From contig CAVZJV010000014.1 of assembly GCA_963775685.1 (NCBI GenBank), positions 2,368,001-2,432,000 of the forward strand: a DNA stretch of 64,000 nt, in the 5' to 3' direction. Below, in pieces: positions 1 to 10,618 of this stretch (position 1 is its first letter; each line of letters starts with the position of its first letter). The notes beneath the pieces are model-generated. The model did no database searches. It saw only the letters and a list, made by a program, of their open reading frames with translations, and was not told the origin of the DNA. The position numbers and the translations under genes were made by a program. Source of the stretch: Candidatus Bathyarchaeota archaeon. Lineage in GTDB: Archaea; Thermoproteota; Bathyarchaeia; Bathyarchaeales; Bathycorpusculaceae.

Positions 1-20
1 TACCTAGGAGACAATAATTC

Positions 21-704
21 TTGACTGTTTACTTATCAAGCATCGTTGGAAGCGCGAGCATAGGCGTGTATTCACTTGTAACCGAAGACATAGTTATGAT
101 TCCACGGATGGTGCCCCAGCAAAAAGCGCAGGAATTTGCTGACTGGCTAAATGTGAAGCTTGCCTACACATCAATAAGCGGCTCAGTTTTAGCGGGCTCG
201 CTGGTGTGTGCCAACTCTAACGGCATGCTTGTTTCAAATTCAATACGCGAAGAAGAATTAACGCAGATAAAATCGGTTTTCTCCGGAAACATCATTATTA
301 TGGAGACCAAAAAGACAGCTTATGGCAACCTTGTCTTAGCCAATGACAAAGGTGCTGTGGTTGATCCGCGTTTCAAAGAAACTGAAATCACAAAAATTTC
401 CCAAGCCTTAGGCGTGGAAGCGGTGTCTACCGAAATCGCTGGGTTACCGTACGTTGGCTCTTTAGCTTCAGCAACCAACAAAGGCGTGCTTGCTCACCCA
501 TTGCTGACCGCTGAGGAAAAGAAAACCTTAGAAACCGTATTCAAAGTTCCTGTTGATGTGGGTACAGTAAACTGCGGGGTTCCTTACGTTGGCACAGGTT
601 TAATCGCTAATAGCCATGCTGCTGTAGCTGGTTCTATGACCACTGGACCCGAGATGTTTATAATTGGGAATGCACTGGATGTTGTGCAGGAAGTAGAAAA
701 ATGA
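21..704 (+). CDS. eif6: translation initiation factor 6 (aIF6)
   Basis: Repeated eIF6 motifs (GNLVLANDKGAVV, GTVNCGVPYVGTGLIAN, TTGPE); conserved synteny with rpl18a-pfdA-ftsY. Confidence 0.95.
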   Translation: MTVYLSSIVGSASIGVYSLVTEDIVMIPRMVPQQKAQEFADWLNVKLAYTSISGSVLAGSLVCANSNGMLVSNSIREEELTQIKSVFSGNIIIMETKKTAYGNLVLANDKGAVVDPRFKETEITKISQALGVEAVSTEIAGLPYVGSLASATNKGVLAHPLLTAEEKKTLETVFKVPVDVGTVNCGVPYVGTGLIANSHAAVAGSMTTGPEMFIIGNALDVVQEVEK

Positions 705-928
705 AAGTTTACAAAGTAACTGGCAAAATCAACAAGCCAAATCTAAAGACTCCATTTGTTAGGGAACTCTTATCTGACAAGAGTGAGCATGCAGTGGAAA
801 AAGTCTACGCGGAAATAGGAAGCAGACACCGTGTGAAAAGACACCATATCAAAGTCATAAGCTCAGAAGAAATCTCTGTTGACCAAATCGAGAACCCCAT
901 TTTAAAGAAAATAGTAAGTGGGGAATAA
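701..928 (+). CDS. rpl18a: 50S ribosomal protein L18Ae/LX
   Basis: EHAVEKVYAEIGSRHRVKR motif; position between eIF6 and prefoldin. Confidence 0.93.
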   Translation: MKVYKVTGKINKPNLKTPFVRELLSDKSEHAVEKVYAEIGSRHRVKRHHIKVISSEEISVDQIENPILKKIVSGE

Positions 929-1373
929 GGTTTTGGCGCAGAGAGCTCAAGCCGAGGAAGAACTTCGCAGACTCAGTATGGAAATGCGTTACCTAGAACA
1001 AACGGCAGAAGCACTACAGCAACGTATAAGCATGGTAAACGCGGCTCTTACCGATATTAATTACGCTAACATGACGCTTGATGGTATTGAAAAAGAGAAA
1101 GAAAACTCTGAACTTCTCATACCAATTGGCGGTAGCTCTTACGTAAAAGTCAAGCTTGCAGACGCAAACAAAGTAATAATCGGCTTAGGTTCAGGCGTAT
1201 CAGTTGAGCAAACTCTTTCCCAGGCAAAAGCAACTCTTAAACAACGCCTAGATGAGCTCGAGAAAACTATGCATGCCGCCCAGCAACAGTTTAGCCAAGT
1301 GGCTGAGCGCATAAACTCTGGCAGAAGCAGACTAGAAACTTTGCTGGCGAGCGCACGAGAAGGGAAACAGTAA
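918..1373 (+). CDS. pfdA: prefoldin subunit alpha
   Basis: Coiled coils flanking LLIPIGGSSYV...VIIGLGSGVSVE hairpins; synteny. Confidence 0.93.
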   Translation: MGNKVLAQRAQAEEELRRLSMEMRYLEQTAEALQQRISMVNAALTDINYANMTLDGIEKEKENSELLIPIGGSSYVKVKLADANKVIIGLGSGVSVEQTLSQAKATLKQRLDELEKTMHAAQQQFSQVAERINSGRSRLETLLASAREGKQ

Positions 1374-1377
1374 TTCG

Positions 1378-2283
1378 ATGTTTGAGAAGCTAAGGTCTGG
1401 GTTTAAAGGCTTAGTAAACAAAGTAACAACAACCGAGCTTAAAGCTGAAAACCTAAATCCTATCTTATCAAATTTTAGAATGAGCCTTGCTGAAAATGAT
1501 GTGGCTTACCAGGTGGCAGATAAAATCTGCGATGAACTGGAAAAGCGTTTGGCGGGCGAGCAGGTTAAACGTTTAGATGACCGCAAAAAAATCGTCGAAG
1601 ATAACCTTAGGCAAGTTCTTTTGGATATTATGTTAACCAGCAAAAGAATTGACTTGCTAAAGTTAGCTGAAGAGAAACGTAGGAAAAAGGAACCGTTCAA
1701 ATTGATGTTCGTTGGCATCAATGGCACAGGAAAAACTACGACAATCGCCAAAGTTGCCCAGTTCCTTCGGGACCAAAGCTTCTCAGTGCTGCTTGCTGCT
1801 GCTGATACTTATCGTGCAGGTTCTATTGAGCAGTTAGAAGAGCATGGCAAACGTTTGGGTATGCGTGTTGTTAAGAGCATTTATGGCGGAGACCCTGCCG
1901 CTGTAGCTTATGATGCTGTTTGCCACGCGAAAGCCCATGGGATTAACATTGTTTTAATTGACACGGCAGGTAGGATGCAGACCAATCAGAACTTGATGAA
2001 TGAGCTTGTAAAGATTAAGCGTGTTGTTTGTCCAGATTTGACGGTTTTTGTTGTTGACTCGCTAATAGGAAACGATGCTGTTATGCAGGCGGAAGAATTC
2101 AACAAGGCAATCTGCATCGATGCAACAATCCTCACCAAAGTGGATGCCGATGTTAAAGGCGGTTCGGCTCTAAGCGTGACCTATGTGACGCAAAGACCGA
2201 TCTTGTTTATTGGCGTTGGGCAAACCTACAAAGATCTAGAGCTATTTAACCCTGAAAAGTTCGTTCACATGGTCCTAAGATAA
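1378..2283 (+). CDS. ftsY: SRP receptor GTPase FtsY
   Basis: GINGTGKTTT, DTYRAG, DTAGR, TKVDAD..GG motifs. Confidence 0.97.
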   Translation: MFEKLRSGFKGLVNKVTTTELKAENLNPILSNFRMSLAENDVAYQVADKICDELEKRLAGEQVKRLDDRKKIVEDNLRQVLLDIMLTSKRIDLLKLAEEKRRKKEPFKLMFVGINGTGKTTTIAKVAQFLRDQSFSVLLAAADTYRAGSIEQLEEHGKRLGMRVVKSIYGGDPAAVAYDAVCHAKAHGINIVLIDTAGRMQTNQNLMNELVKIKRVVCPDLTVFVVDSLIGNDAVMQAEEFNKAICIDATILTKVDADVKGGSALSVTYVTQRPILFIGVGQTYKDLELFNPEKFVHMVLR

Positions 2284-2285
2284 AC

Positions 2286-2675
2286 TTACGGTTCTTCCAA
2301 GCCGGATAGTTCGAAGCGGATTTTGTTAGGGTAAACCCAATATGCCTTGATGAAATCTTCAATAGCTTGGTCAACATCTATGGCATCAAAGAAATTAGTG
2401 AATTCGGCATCAATTCCATCAGGATTCTTTGACGTGAACAATTTGAGTTGAGCCAGGTATTCTTTTTTAGGTTGCAAATCTTCCATGGGTATGTTTTTGG
2501 GAATTTCTATGGTAAGAGGTAAATTAGTTAAAACGTCTATTGCGGCTGCTTTGCGGACTTTTTTGTTTATTGTATTTATGACTATTAGTCTTTGTTCGAT
2601 TTTTCGATAGTTCCAGTTAATATCCTGATTCATTGATGCTGACATATAAAATCCCTGTAAAAATAGTGCAAGCAT
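2286..2675 (-). CDS. hypothetical protein
   Basis: 129-aa ORF convergent with ftsY; no recognised motif; true start may be the internal Met (MSASMNQD). Confidence 0.6.
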   Translation of the reverse strand: MLALFLQGFYMSASMNQDINWNYRKIEQRLIVINTINKKVRKAAAIDVLTNLPLTIEIPKNIPMEDLQPKKEYLAQLKLFTSKNPDGIDAEFTNFFDAIDVDQAIEDFIKAYWVYPNKIRFELSGLEEP

Positions 2676-2687
2676 ATTATTTTTATG

Positions 2688-2980
2688 TTACTTCTTTAGT
2701 TCAACCACTAAGAGTTCTAGTGGTGATTGCCCAATGTTCTCAGCTTCATGAGACTGAGCGCTAAGAAAAATTACATCGCCATCCGCGAGGTCTAAAACAT
2801 CAGTTTTTCCCATAGTGGTCAGCTTCATTTTTCCGCTCATAAGCACAAAACCCCCATGGTCAGGCGCTGGTGCATTGCTGCTTTGTCTCCAGGTTCAAAA
2901 GAAACTTCGAACATATGTACATGGTCGTTCTCCTTTTTTATCTTGTAAAAGTTACTTGCAATCCTCCAAAGGGTCGCAAA
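2688..2980 (-). pseudogene. cupin-domain protein, frameshifted
   Basis: Manual translation: DPL/RIASNFYKIKKENDHVHMFEVSFEPGDKAAMH, frameshift near 2865, then PDHGGFVLMSGKMKLT...QSHEAENIGQSPLELLVVELKK*. Confidence 0.75.
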
Positions 2981-3518
2981 TATTCTCAGTTATCAAATCA
3001 ATTCACCAATTTTATGTTTAAGTTCAAAGGAATTAAGGCTGTGAGGTTACGTCTCTGCAGTCACAGGCACTTTAGTGCTCAAAAAAAACTAAACCCCTTA
3101 TAATGAGCACCGATTAAACCCGACCCCCCTCTATGGGTTTTGCAGAGTTTCTAATAGGCAACAAATAGGTAGCTAAGCGATATCTCTCGATAGTTTCAGC
3201 GTACCTTGATATTAGCCTTTAAATATGAATAACCGAAAAAACTTTAATCTAACATTACTGTATACTTATATTTGCAGAAGGAAAGATTACAAAAAGAGCG
3301 ATTGTTGTTTTATCAATAGTGGTCTTTGCATTATTCTGATAGCTGTTTTGTTTTTCGCAAACTCAGACTTTGCATTAACAAAGAAGTATGGACAAATGGT
3401 AACCTTATTCCACTGTAACAATTCCATCGTTGGGAAACGGAACAGACCATTATGATTTTTCCCTGAATTACACAAACACATAGTTTAAATTGACCTTAGA
3501 ATCCGAATACATCAAAAT

Positions 3519-3728
3519 TTATGATTCTTTTTTCCGTTTTGCTGGGTCACGCAGGTTCTGCACGGGGGAATCCGCGTTGAAGCCTAGACCAACTTGAGTG
3601 GTTTGTTTGTATTTTTGCTCGGCAAGTTTAGCTTTGCCTTCTTTGCTGCTCAACTCAACGCTATTCCCAAGTTTGTAGATGGTTCTGCCGATTCTGCGCT
3701 CTCCTCTTGTAGCAGTGCATCTTCCCAT
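3519..3728 (-). CDS. small basic hypothetical protein
   Basis: 69-aa ATG-started ORF, Lys/Arg rich. Confidence 0.45.
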   Translation of the reverse strand: MGRCTATRGERRIGRTIYKLGNSVELSSKEGKAKLAEQKYKQTTQVGLGFNADSPVQNLRDPAKRKKES

Positions 3729-3744
3729 TTTAATCTAACCTAAG

Positions 3745-4417
3745 TTAGACTTGTTTTGGTACCCTTTTAATTTTCTGTTCAAAAGAAACCTTTCCCTGCA
3801 ACGTTGTAGCTTTCGCTTCAAAACATGTTCTAAAACCGGCAAAGTCATCCCCATGAATGCACAGTTTTCTCAAGAACGTAATTCTTAGTAAACCTGCTTC
3901 TTAACCCCGCCAAGGTAACTATTACTCCCGTTTTCACCTCTGGCAATCCCAAACACTCTGCTGAACAGCAGATTTTCCTATTATTTTCTTGGACTGTTTC
4001 TGTGGATGTGAAACTGAGTAATGTACTGCCATAAGTAGGCAATGGCAGGGGCGGGTTATTTGCAGCAACTTTGGATTTGTTCTTTTGCTTGGCCGAGGAC
4101 CTAATTTGTGGGGACCCGCTTGATGGGGCGATGGATTTAACAGCAGTGATTTCTTCTGTCGATAGTTCTTCAAGCGTATTTGGGTACCCCATTTTTATTG
4201 CAACGACTTTGTTTAACTCAAACAACCCAGTGTTTATCCACGCTAACTTCGGGTCATCTATTCTGATGGAAAATGCGGTTAAAGTATTCTCAGTTTCTTC
4301 AACAAAGACACCTTTGGCTTTTATTTCGTATTTTTCAAATAAATCTTCGTTATTTACTGTAATGGTTTTAGGTGATTGAAAGTTTTGGTATTTCTTGTTA
4401 ACATCAATTGTCGACAT
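3745..4417 (-). pseudogene. phage late-control D / contractile injection system hub-like protein, short and frameshifted
   Basis: LFELNKVVAIKMGY..L....EITAV....PSSGSPQI and ECLGLPEVKTG.IVTLAGL.SRFT.NYVLEKTVHS; a +1 shift in a G run near 3850 restores DDFAGFRTCFE; AAGGAG upstream of ATG 4417. Confidence 0.6.
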
Positions 4418-4529
4418 AGCAAACAACTCCTTTACGAATTGGTAAAGTTGTGTTAGGATTTAATTCTGTTGCAGACGACATATTGTAGGGCAGCATCACA
4501 GTTAAAAGCTGTTATAGGCAAATACCTTA

Positions 4530-4961
4530 GTGGTCGTGTTGTTTTTGAACAAACAAGAAGTGACAACTATAACCCATAAAATTCTTATCTCCAAAGTGTC
4601 CCCCAAACAAGTCTACGACGCCTACGTGGACCCCAAAAATCACAGTGAATTCACGGGTAGCGAAGCCACAGGCAAACCGGTGGTCGGTGGCAAATTCACT
4701 GCTTGGGACGAATACATATCTGGCAAATTCGTTGTGCTTGAAGAAGGGAAGCGTGTGGTTCAAGAGTGGGCTTCAACGGATTTTCCCGAAGGTTACCCAC
4801 CATCTAGGCTGGAGTTGACCTTTTGCGAAGTACCTAAGGGCACAGAGATAATAATGATACATTCGAATGTTCCAGCTGAGATCTCGGACGATGCTGCTGA
4901 GGGCTGGACAGAGTTCTACTGGGAACCACTAAAAGAGTATTTTAGCAAAACAACAAGATAA
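4530..4961 (+). CDS. SRPBCC/AHSA1-domain protein
   Basis: SPKQVYDAYVDP..HSEFTG, GGKFTAWD, GWTEFYWEPLKEYF. Confidence 0.9.
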   Translation: MVVLFLNKQEVTTITHKILISKVSPKQVYDAYVDPKNHSEFTGSEATGKPVVGGKFTAWDEYISGKFVVLEEGKRVVQEWASTDFPEGYPPSRLELTFCEVPKGTEIIMIHSNVPAEISDDAAEGWTEFYWEPLKEYFSKTTR

Positions 4962-5239
4962 AGCTAAGAAATAAGAATTCTTGTTTCGGTAATTATTTCT
5001 CTATCTTGGTCTCTCTTATTGTTCCAACGATGCTCCGCATGGTTTCTTCGCATTCTTCTGGTTTCCACATACAAATGCCCTCAATAATTTCATCAAGATA
5101 ATGCGCTAACTCTTCACTTTGTATGTCTTTAGCTCAATCGACTTTTTAGATGATTTCTCCCTCTTTTCGGCTAACAGTGATTGAAACCGGAACATCATCC
5201 ATAACTTTCAGCTCTAACGCTATCTGACTTATTTCAGAT

Positions 5240-5482
5240 TTAAATTTCTTGTTTCCCTGCCTGCATGGTCAGGTATATTCGGTTAAAGTATTCCAGCGGG
5301 GAATACCTGAAGATTGTTATGGGTTTTTTGTATCCGGGATTTTGGCATTTATATTTTGTTTTTACGATTTCTCCGTGGTAGCTTTTAGGTGTTGGTTTTT
5401 CTAAGGAAAAAGCTGAGTGAAGTCTGTTGGGTGGTTCTACCTTGAGGATTTCGTAGCAGAAGGGGCATTCCAAAACAGCCAC
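5240..5482 (-). CDS. small zinc-ribbon-like protein (second knuckle degenerate)
   Basis: CPFC...CQNPGY; GGAGG upstream of GTG 5482 (ORF track start 5533). Confidence 0.5.
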   Translation of the reverse strand: MAVLECPFCYEILKVEPPNRLHSAFSLEKPTPKSYHGEIVKTKYKCQNPGYKKPITIFRYSPLEYFNRIYLTMQAGKQEI

Positions 5483-5572
5483 AAGATGCCCTCCAATTAC
5501 AATAGTGCGGTTTGCACTAAAAAAACTTGCCATTCGATTTGGAGAATCTATAAAACTTAATTAGCTTGTCGC

Positions 5573-6808
5573 TTGAAACAAAGCCCTAGGGTAACAAGAA
5601 TGAATAAGCTCAGCTTGGTGCTCTCACAAGTCTACCAACGACGGGTCTCTTTGAGGCTGCGTTATAAACTCCTCATAATAACGCTTGTAGCATTGCTTGT
5701 TTTCTTGTTTTCCAAAGGTCCTGCTCCTGGGCAAAACCATTTTGTCTATTTAGCTGATGCTTTCCTTCATGGGCGTTTAGGGGTGACTGGCGGGGGCACA
5801 GCGCTTGCAGAAATTGTTCCCTACAACGGTAACTTCTATGTTGTTTATCCGCCCATGCCTGCAGTTTTTCTTTTGCCTTTCGTGGCTATTTTTGGCACAA
5901 ATTTCGACCAAGGCTTAATGTCGATTTTTCTTGCATGTCTTTGCGTTGCAGCGATTTGGCTTATGCTAAAGAAAACGGGGGTAAATGGCAAAAAAACGGT
6001 GTGGTTAACGGCGTTGTTTGGTTTTGGAACATGTTTCTGGTTCATTGCGTCAGTGGGCTCCTCATGGTATATTGAGCATGTTTCAGCTATCCTCTTTCTT
6101 ACCTTGGCCATAATTCTTGCCCTCTACAAGAAACGCCCTTTCTTTGTTGGCTTACTCTTGGGCTTTGCATTCCTTTCGCGGCTTCCTGTAGTGCTTTCTT
6201 TTCCGTTCTTTCTGCTTCTGATTTATGATCAAAACTCCGAGTGGAAGCCCCGACTGAAGCAAGTTGCCGGCTTTCTAATCGGTTTAGGCATATTGGTTGG
6301 CTTATATGAATTGTATAATTTTGGTCGCTGGGGTGTTTTCTCCGACCTTGGTTATGGTCTAATCCCTGGCATTTCCCAGGATCCTTACTTTACAAACGGA
6401 ATCTTTAACCTCAGTTACATTCCACGTCACATCTATGCAATCTTCTTCCAAGGTCCTATCCTTCTAAACAGCTTCCCCTACTTTGAGCCAAATTGGGTGG
6501 GTTTGGGCTTATTCTTCACCACCCCTGCCTTCATCTATATCTTCAAGGGACCATGGACTAAACTCAGCAAATACACTGCCTTAGCGGTAGTCTGCATCTT
6601 GCCAAGCTTGATTACTCATGGCACTGTTGGTTTCACCCAGTTTGGCTACCGCTTCAGCCTCGACTTCACGCCCTTCCTTATGTTGCTGGTGGCGAAAGGG
6701 ATGAGAGAAAATCTGGGCTGGGAAGAAAAGGCACTGATAGTTCTGAGTTTGCTGGTTAATTTGTGGGGTGTAGTTTCGATAATTGAATTCAACTTCGTAA
6801 GTTTTTAG
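5573..6808 (+). CDS. multi-pass membrane glycosyltransferase (GT-C superfamily-like)
   Basis: About 10 hydrophobic segments; LADAFLHGRL, YPPMPA, QFGYRFSLDF; start may be ATG 5600. Confidence 0.7.
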   Translation: MKQSPRVTRMNKLSLVLSQVYQRRVSLRLRYKLLIITLVALLVFLFSKGPAPGQNHFVYLADAFLHGRLGVTGGGTALAEIVPYNGNFYVVYPPMPAVFLLPFVAIFGTNFDQGLMSIFLACLCVAAIWLMLKKTGVNGKKTVWLTALFGFGTCFWFIASVGSSWYIEHVSAILFLTLAIILALYKKRPFFVGLLLGFAFLSRLPVVLSFPFFLLLIYDQNSEWKPRLKQVAGFLIGLGILVGLYELYNFGRWGVFSDLGYGLIPGISQDPYFTNGIFNLSYIPRHIYAIFFQGPILLNSFPYFEPNWVGLGLFFTTPAFIYIFKGPWTKLSKYTALAVVCILPSLITHGTVGFTQFGYRFSLDFTPFLMLLVAKGMRENLGWEEKALIVLSLLVNLWGVVSIIEFNFVSF

Positions 6809-7138
6809 CCTATTCCTTGGTTCTAAGGAGCAATTTTGACCCGTAATTGTAAGGGACAAAACTATTATATGGCAATAACGATGTTATATTTCAATGAGCA
6901 GGAGGCGTGATAGCTTTTTACCCTTGCCCAATGGTATAAGTCACCCTCATGCTTCCTGTTTCATTCTATATTTTTCTGAAAACTATGTTTGATCTATTTT
7001 CTCCTCCGATATTATGAAGGAGATTTAAAGAGTTCAACAAATTGAAGTTTTTATGGTTATGAAAAAGTTTGGGTTTGGAGTTGAACTTGTTTTGTGCGCC
7101 GAGGAGGGGGGTAACTCTTTTTCGCATTGAGTGTAGTT

Positions 7139-8600
7139 TTATTTTCGTTGTCTTTTTTTATAGATGGATATGGTCGCGTTTATAGTTATCAAGGTGGTGG
7201 CTATGATGGTTGCGTAGAGAAGTGTTGAGTTTTCTTTTGGAGATGGTGGTTTTGTTGTTGAAGTAGCCTGCGGGGAGAGTGATGAAGGCGGTGATAGGCT
7301 TGGAGTTGGTAGGCCTTGGCGTGGGATTGGGTGTGGAAGATGGAGTTGATGCGGAGGGTTGTGTTGGGTTTGGTGTAGGGGTCGAAGTTGGGTTTGGGGA
7401 GGGCGATTTTCCAATAACATTGGCTCTAAGACTGTGGATTTCTCCGCTAAGAGAACAGAAGTAAAGCTCTTTTTGTTCATCTACTCCGAATGAAGAAATA
7501 TTGAGACTTGTATCAGCCAGCAGACTATTCATGGTCTTCGCACCTATACCGTATTGAAGCGCCCAAATTTTGCCTGAACCGTAATCGCCATAGATGTATT
7601 TTGAGTTAAGTCTCGCCAGGTTTGAGCCATGGTAAACATAGCCGCCGATAACCGCAATGCCTTCAGCGTGGCTGTGCTCCCACACAGGTAAATCCAATCC
7701 AACCTGACTCGCACTAGAATAAGTTAATGTGCCTTCCATTATGTTCCAACCGTAGTTTTTACCCTTTTCAACAAGGTCAATTTCTTCCTGCTGGTCTTGC
7801 CCCACATCTCCGACCCAAAGTCTTCCAGTCGGTGTATCGAAGCTAAATCGCCTGGGGTTGCGAAAACCGTAAGCGTAAATCTCCTCTTTATAGCCCGAAG
7901 GGTTGCCAAAGTAAGGATTGTCTGGAGGGATGTTGTAGTTTCGTCCTTGAGACGGGAAATCAACATCTATGCGCAAGATTTTGCCCAGCAGGGTCGAAAG
8001 GTCCTGAGCGTTTCCTAAGGGGTCGCCTCCCGAGTCACCATCGCCCAAACCAATGTAAAGGTATCCGTCGTCTCCAAACGCAATTTGTCCGCCTTTGTGG
8101 TTAGAAAATGGCTGATTTATCTCAAGTAGAACCAGTTCGGTATTTTTTAGTGCCTGGTTGGGATTGTTCTGAGAGACGGAGTACCGGGCAATCACTGTTC
8201 GAAGTGGATTCTCAGCCACGTAATCAATGTAGAAATATCCATTTGATGCGTAGTTAGGGTGGAATGCAAGACCGAGAAGCCCTTGTTCGCCACCAAACAA
8301 AACCCGTGTGCTAATGTTGAGAAAAACGGTGGATTCTGCAACGGTTGGCGCGTTTCTCAAACACACGAATAACCCCTGCCTGCCTCAATCACGAAAAGCC
8401 TGTTTGTTCCGTCACCTGGGTTAGCTATTCCAACCGGCTGATTAAAGACTATGTTGGGGAAGGCCAAATCAACCAAGTACGCGTTTTGAGTTTGGCCCGA
8501 AAGGTCAGGGATATTCCAAGAAAGAAAAAAGACAACAAAGCCCAAAACCACAAGGAGAGATATGACAAAGTATAGACTCTTTCGCTTGATATTTTTTCAT
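7139..8600 (-). pseudogene. PQQ-dependent glucose/sorbosone dehydrogenase family surface protein, multiply frameshifted
   Basis: GEQGLLGLAFHP, NHKGGQIAFG.DG.LYI, YAYGFRNP, DVGQ..EEID, GKNYGW; signal peptide (8357-8600), P/T linker and C-terminal TM lie in different frames; shifts near 8595, 8385, 8355, 7312. Confidence 0.85.
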
Positions 8601-8819
8601 CTCAAAATTATTTATTAAAAGAGCAATACTTGAAGATTCCTAAGTCGCTGCAAAGCCACATTTCCCTTCCCCCATAAGGTTCAAAGAAGTGAGTCGTACT
8701 CAAATATTGTTAAGCAGGCTACCGCTAAACCAATTCATCCGTGTCACAAACTGTCCGTAGACACCAACTGCCGAATCAATTAAATACCTAAAGGTTTCCA
8801 GATTTAGTATAGTGAGACT

Positions 8820-9047
8820 GTGCAGAAGAAAATCACTTTCAAATTCCTGTTTGCAACAATTCAAAGCTTTATTGCTTTTTCTGCACTAATCTTGGCTGCC
8901 CTGTTAAACTTCGACCTTCTCAATGCACAATCACTAAGTATATCTAAAGATGCCCTCAGTTTCTACGTCGTTATGCTCATTATTTTTGGCATCACTTTCC
9001 TGATAAGCAGTCTTTTTCTAATTTATGAGTGGTGGGAAAACCGATGA
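8820..9047 (+). CDS. small two-TM membrane protein
   Basis: Two hydrophobic helices; overlaps start of the permease gene. Confidence 0.6.
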   Translation: MQKKITFKFLFATIQSFIAFSALILAALLNFDLLNAQSLSISKDALSFYVVMLIIFGITFLISSLFLIYEWWENR

Positions 9048-10618
9048 ACTTGCTTCAAAAAACCGGCAAAAAATCTAAGGGCTTTGGCTTGTTCGATATC
9101 GTAATGGCTGGTCTTAGCGGCGCTATCGGTTTTGAAATCTTTGTGCTCCTCAACTACGCCTACTTCCACTTAGCGGGACCCGATATGCTTATCGCGTTAG
9201 CTCTTGGTGGCGTTATAAACTTTCTAATAATGCTTAGTTATTGTGAATTAGCCACTGCCATGCCCAAAGTTGGAGGCGAATACACCTATATTAAAACCGC
9301 GTACGGAGGCTACATCAGCTTCATTTTCGGGTCTTTCAGGTGGCTTGCTAGCATATTTGCTGCCGCTCTTGCAGCGGTCGCTTTCGTTTTGCAGTTTTCA
9401 TATCTTTTCTCAGCCATTTCACCTCAAATTCAAACTGGTATTCTAAACCAAGGTTGGTTAATTGCTCTTGTTCTGGTCTTTGTTATGGGTCTTTTTGAGG
9501 TTAGAGGTGTTAGGCAAGTTGGAAACATCATCGTAATTGCTTTTATCTTATTGTTTTTGGGCTTTATCATCGGTGGGTTTGTTCAGGGAATCGGTTCGGT
9601 GAACCTTCCAACTGCCTCCTTGCCGACAGGAGTCTCGGGAATCTTTGCAGCCGTAGTTTATGTTTTTCCAATGTTTATAGGCACTCGCGCCATAGTTGCT
9701 GCCGCTTCCGAATCTAGAAGACCTGACAAAGACATATCCCGTGGACTAATAATATCTGCATTGATAATAATTCCCATTTACATTCTTCTTGCATTAGTTG
9801 CTGTTGCCACGGTAACCCCTGCAGAGACACTTGAACAGGTTCCGCTTCTAAGCTTTGCTGCAGGTAGAGTGTTCGGCAGCTACGGTAGCATTATATTTTC
9901 CATAGCAGGCATGGCGGCTTGTCTTTCTGCCTTGGGAACTTCTCTATCTATTCAATCCAGCATATCCCGCGGCATGAGCCGAGATGGCTATTTTCCCAAA
10001 ATCCTTCTTTCAATCCATTCTAAATACGGAACCTTCCATGTCGCCGCCATCGTAGGCACCCTTTTCATTATGCTTCTTAGCACTTTGGGTGCTGTGCCTT
10101 TTCTAGGTTACGCTGCAAGCTTTGGTTCCTTGTTGGTCTTTGCTGTTGTCAACCTTTCTCTCATACGATTGAGAAAAACAAAGCCCTATATGGATCGGCC
10201 CTTCAAGACGCCTCTGTATCCTTTTACACCCGCTTTAGGTGTAATTCTTTCAGTGGCTCTGTTGTTTATTCCCGTATTGATCGGAGATGGAAATGCAATT
10301 GATGCTTTAACCTCAAGCATCGGGCTTTCAGGAATAGTCTTTGCGAGTTATTATCTTAGGATGGCAGGCCGCTTCCGGGCGCAAATAGCTTTGGGAGGTA
10401 TAGGCATCGGTACAGGCATATTAATTGCAGTGTCTTCACTTCTTGCTCTTTCGGGCTCAGGCATCAACATCTTGCCCTTCATTCCCAGCTACATTCAGGT
10501 CTTCATAAGTGTCGTCTTTATAGTGACTGGATTTTTTAATCTCAAAGCAGGAGCCAAAAAAACGATGCCTAATCCAAAGGAAGCTGAGCAGCAGATTAAC
10601 TCGAAGATTACTGCATGA
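9029..10618 (+). CDS. APC family amino acid permease
   Basis: SYCELATAMPKVGGEY, SRDGYFP, RPFKTPLYP; 12+ TM segments. Confidence 0.92.
   Translation: MVGKPMNLLQKTGKKSKGFGLFDIVMAGLSGAIGFEIFVLLNYAYFHLAGPDMLIALALGGVINFLIMLSYCELATAMPKVGGEYTYIKTAYGGYISFIFGSFRWLASIFAAALAAVAFVLQFSYLFSAISPQIQTGILNQGWLIALVLVFVMGLFEVRGVRQVGNIIVIAFILLFLGFIIGGFVQGIGSVNLPTASLPTGVSGIFAAVVYVFPMFIGTRAIVAAASESRRPDKDISRGLIISALIIIPIYILLALVAVATVTPAETLEQVPLLSFAAGRVFGSYGSIIFSIAGMAACLSALGTSLSIQSSISRGMSRDGYFPKILLSIHSKYGTFHVAAIVGTLFIMLLSTLGAVPFLGYAASFGSLLVFAVVNLSLIRLRKTKPYMDRPFKTPLYPFTPALGVILSVALLFIPVLIGDGNAIDALTSSIGLSGIVFASYYLRMAGRFRAQIALGGIGIGTGILIAVSSLLALSGSGINILPFIPSYIQVFISVVFIVTGFFNLKAGAKKTMPNPKEAEQQINSKITA

Noticed and set aside
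3123-7112. 9-bp inverted pair ACCCCCCTC (3123) / GAGGGGGGT (7104) bracketing 4 kb
   Set aside because: Short, low complexity, no transposase or target duplication.
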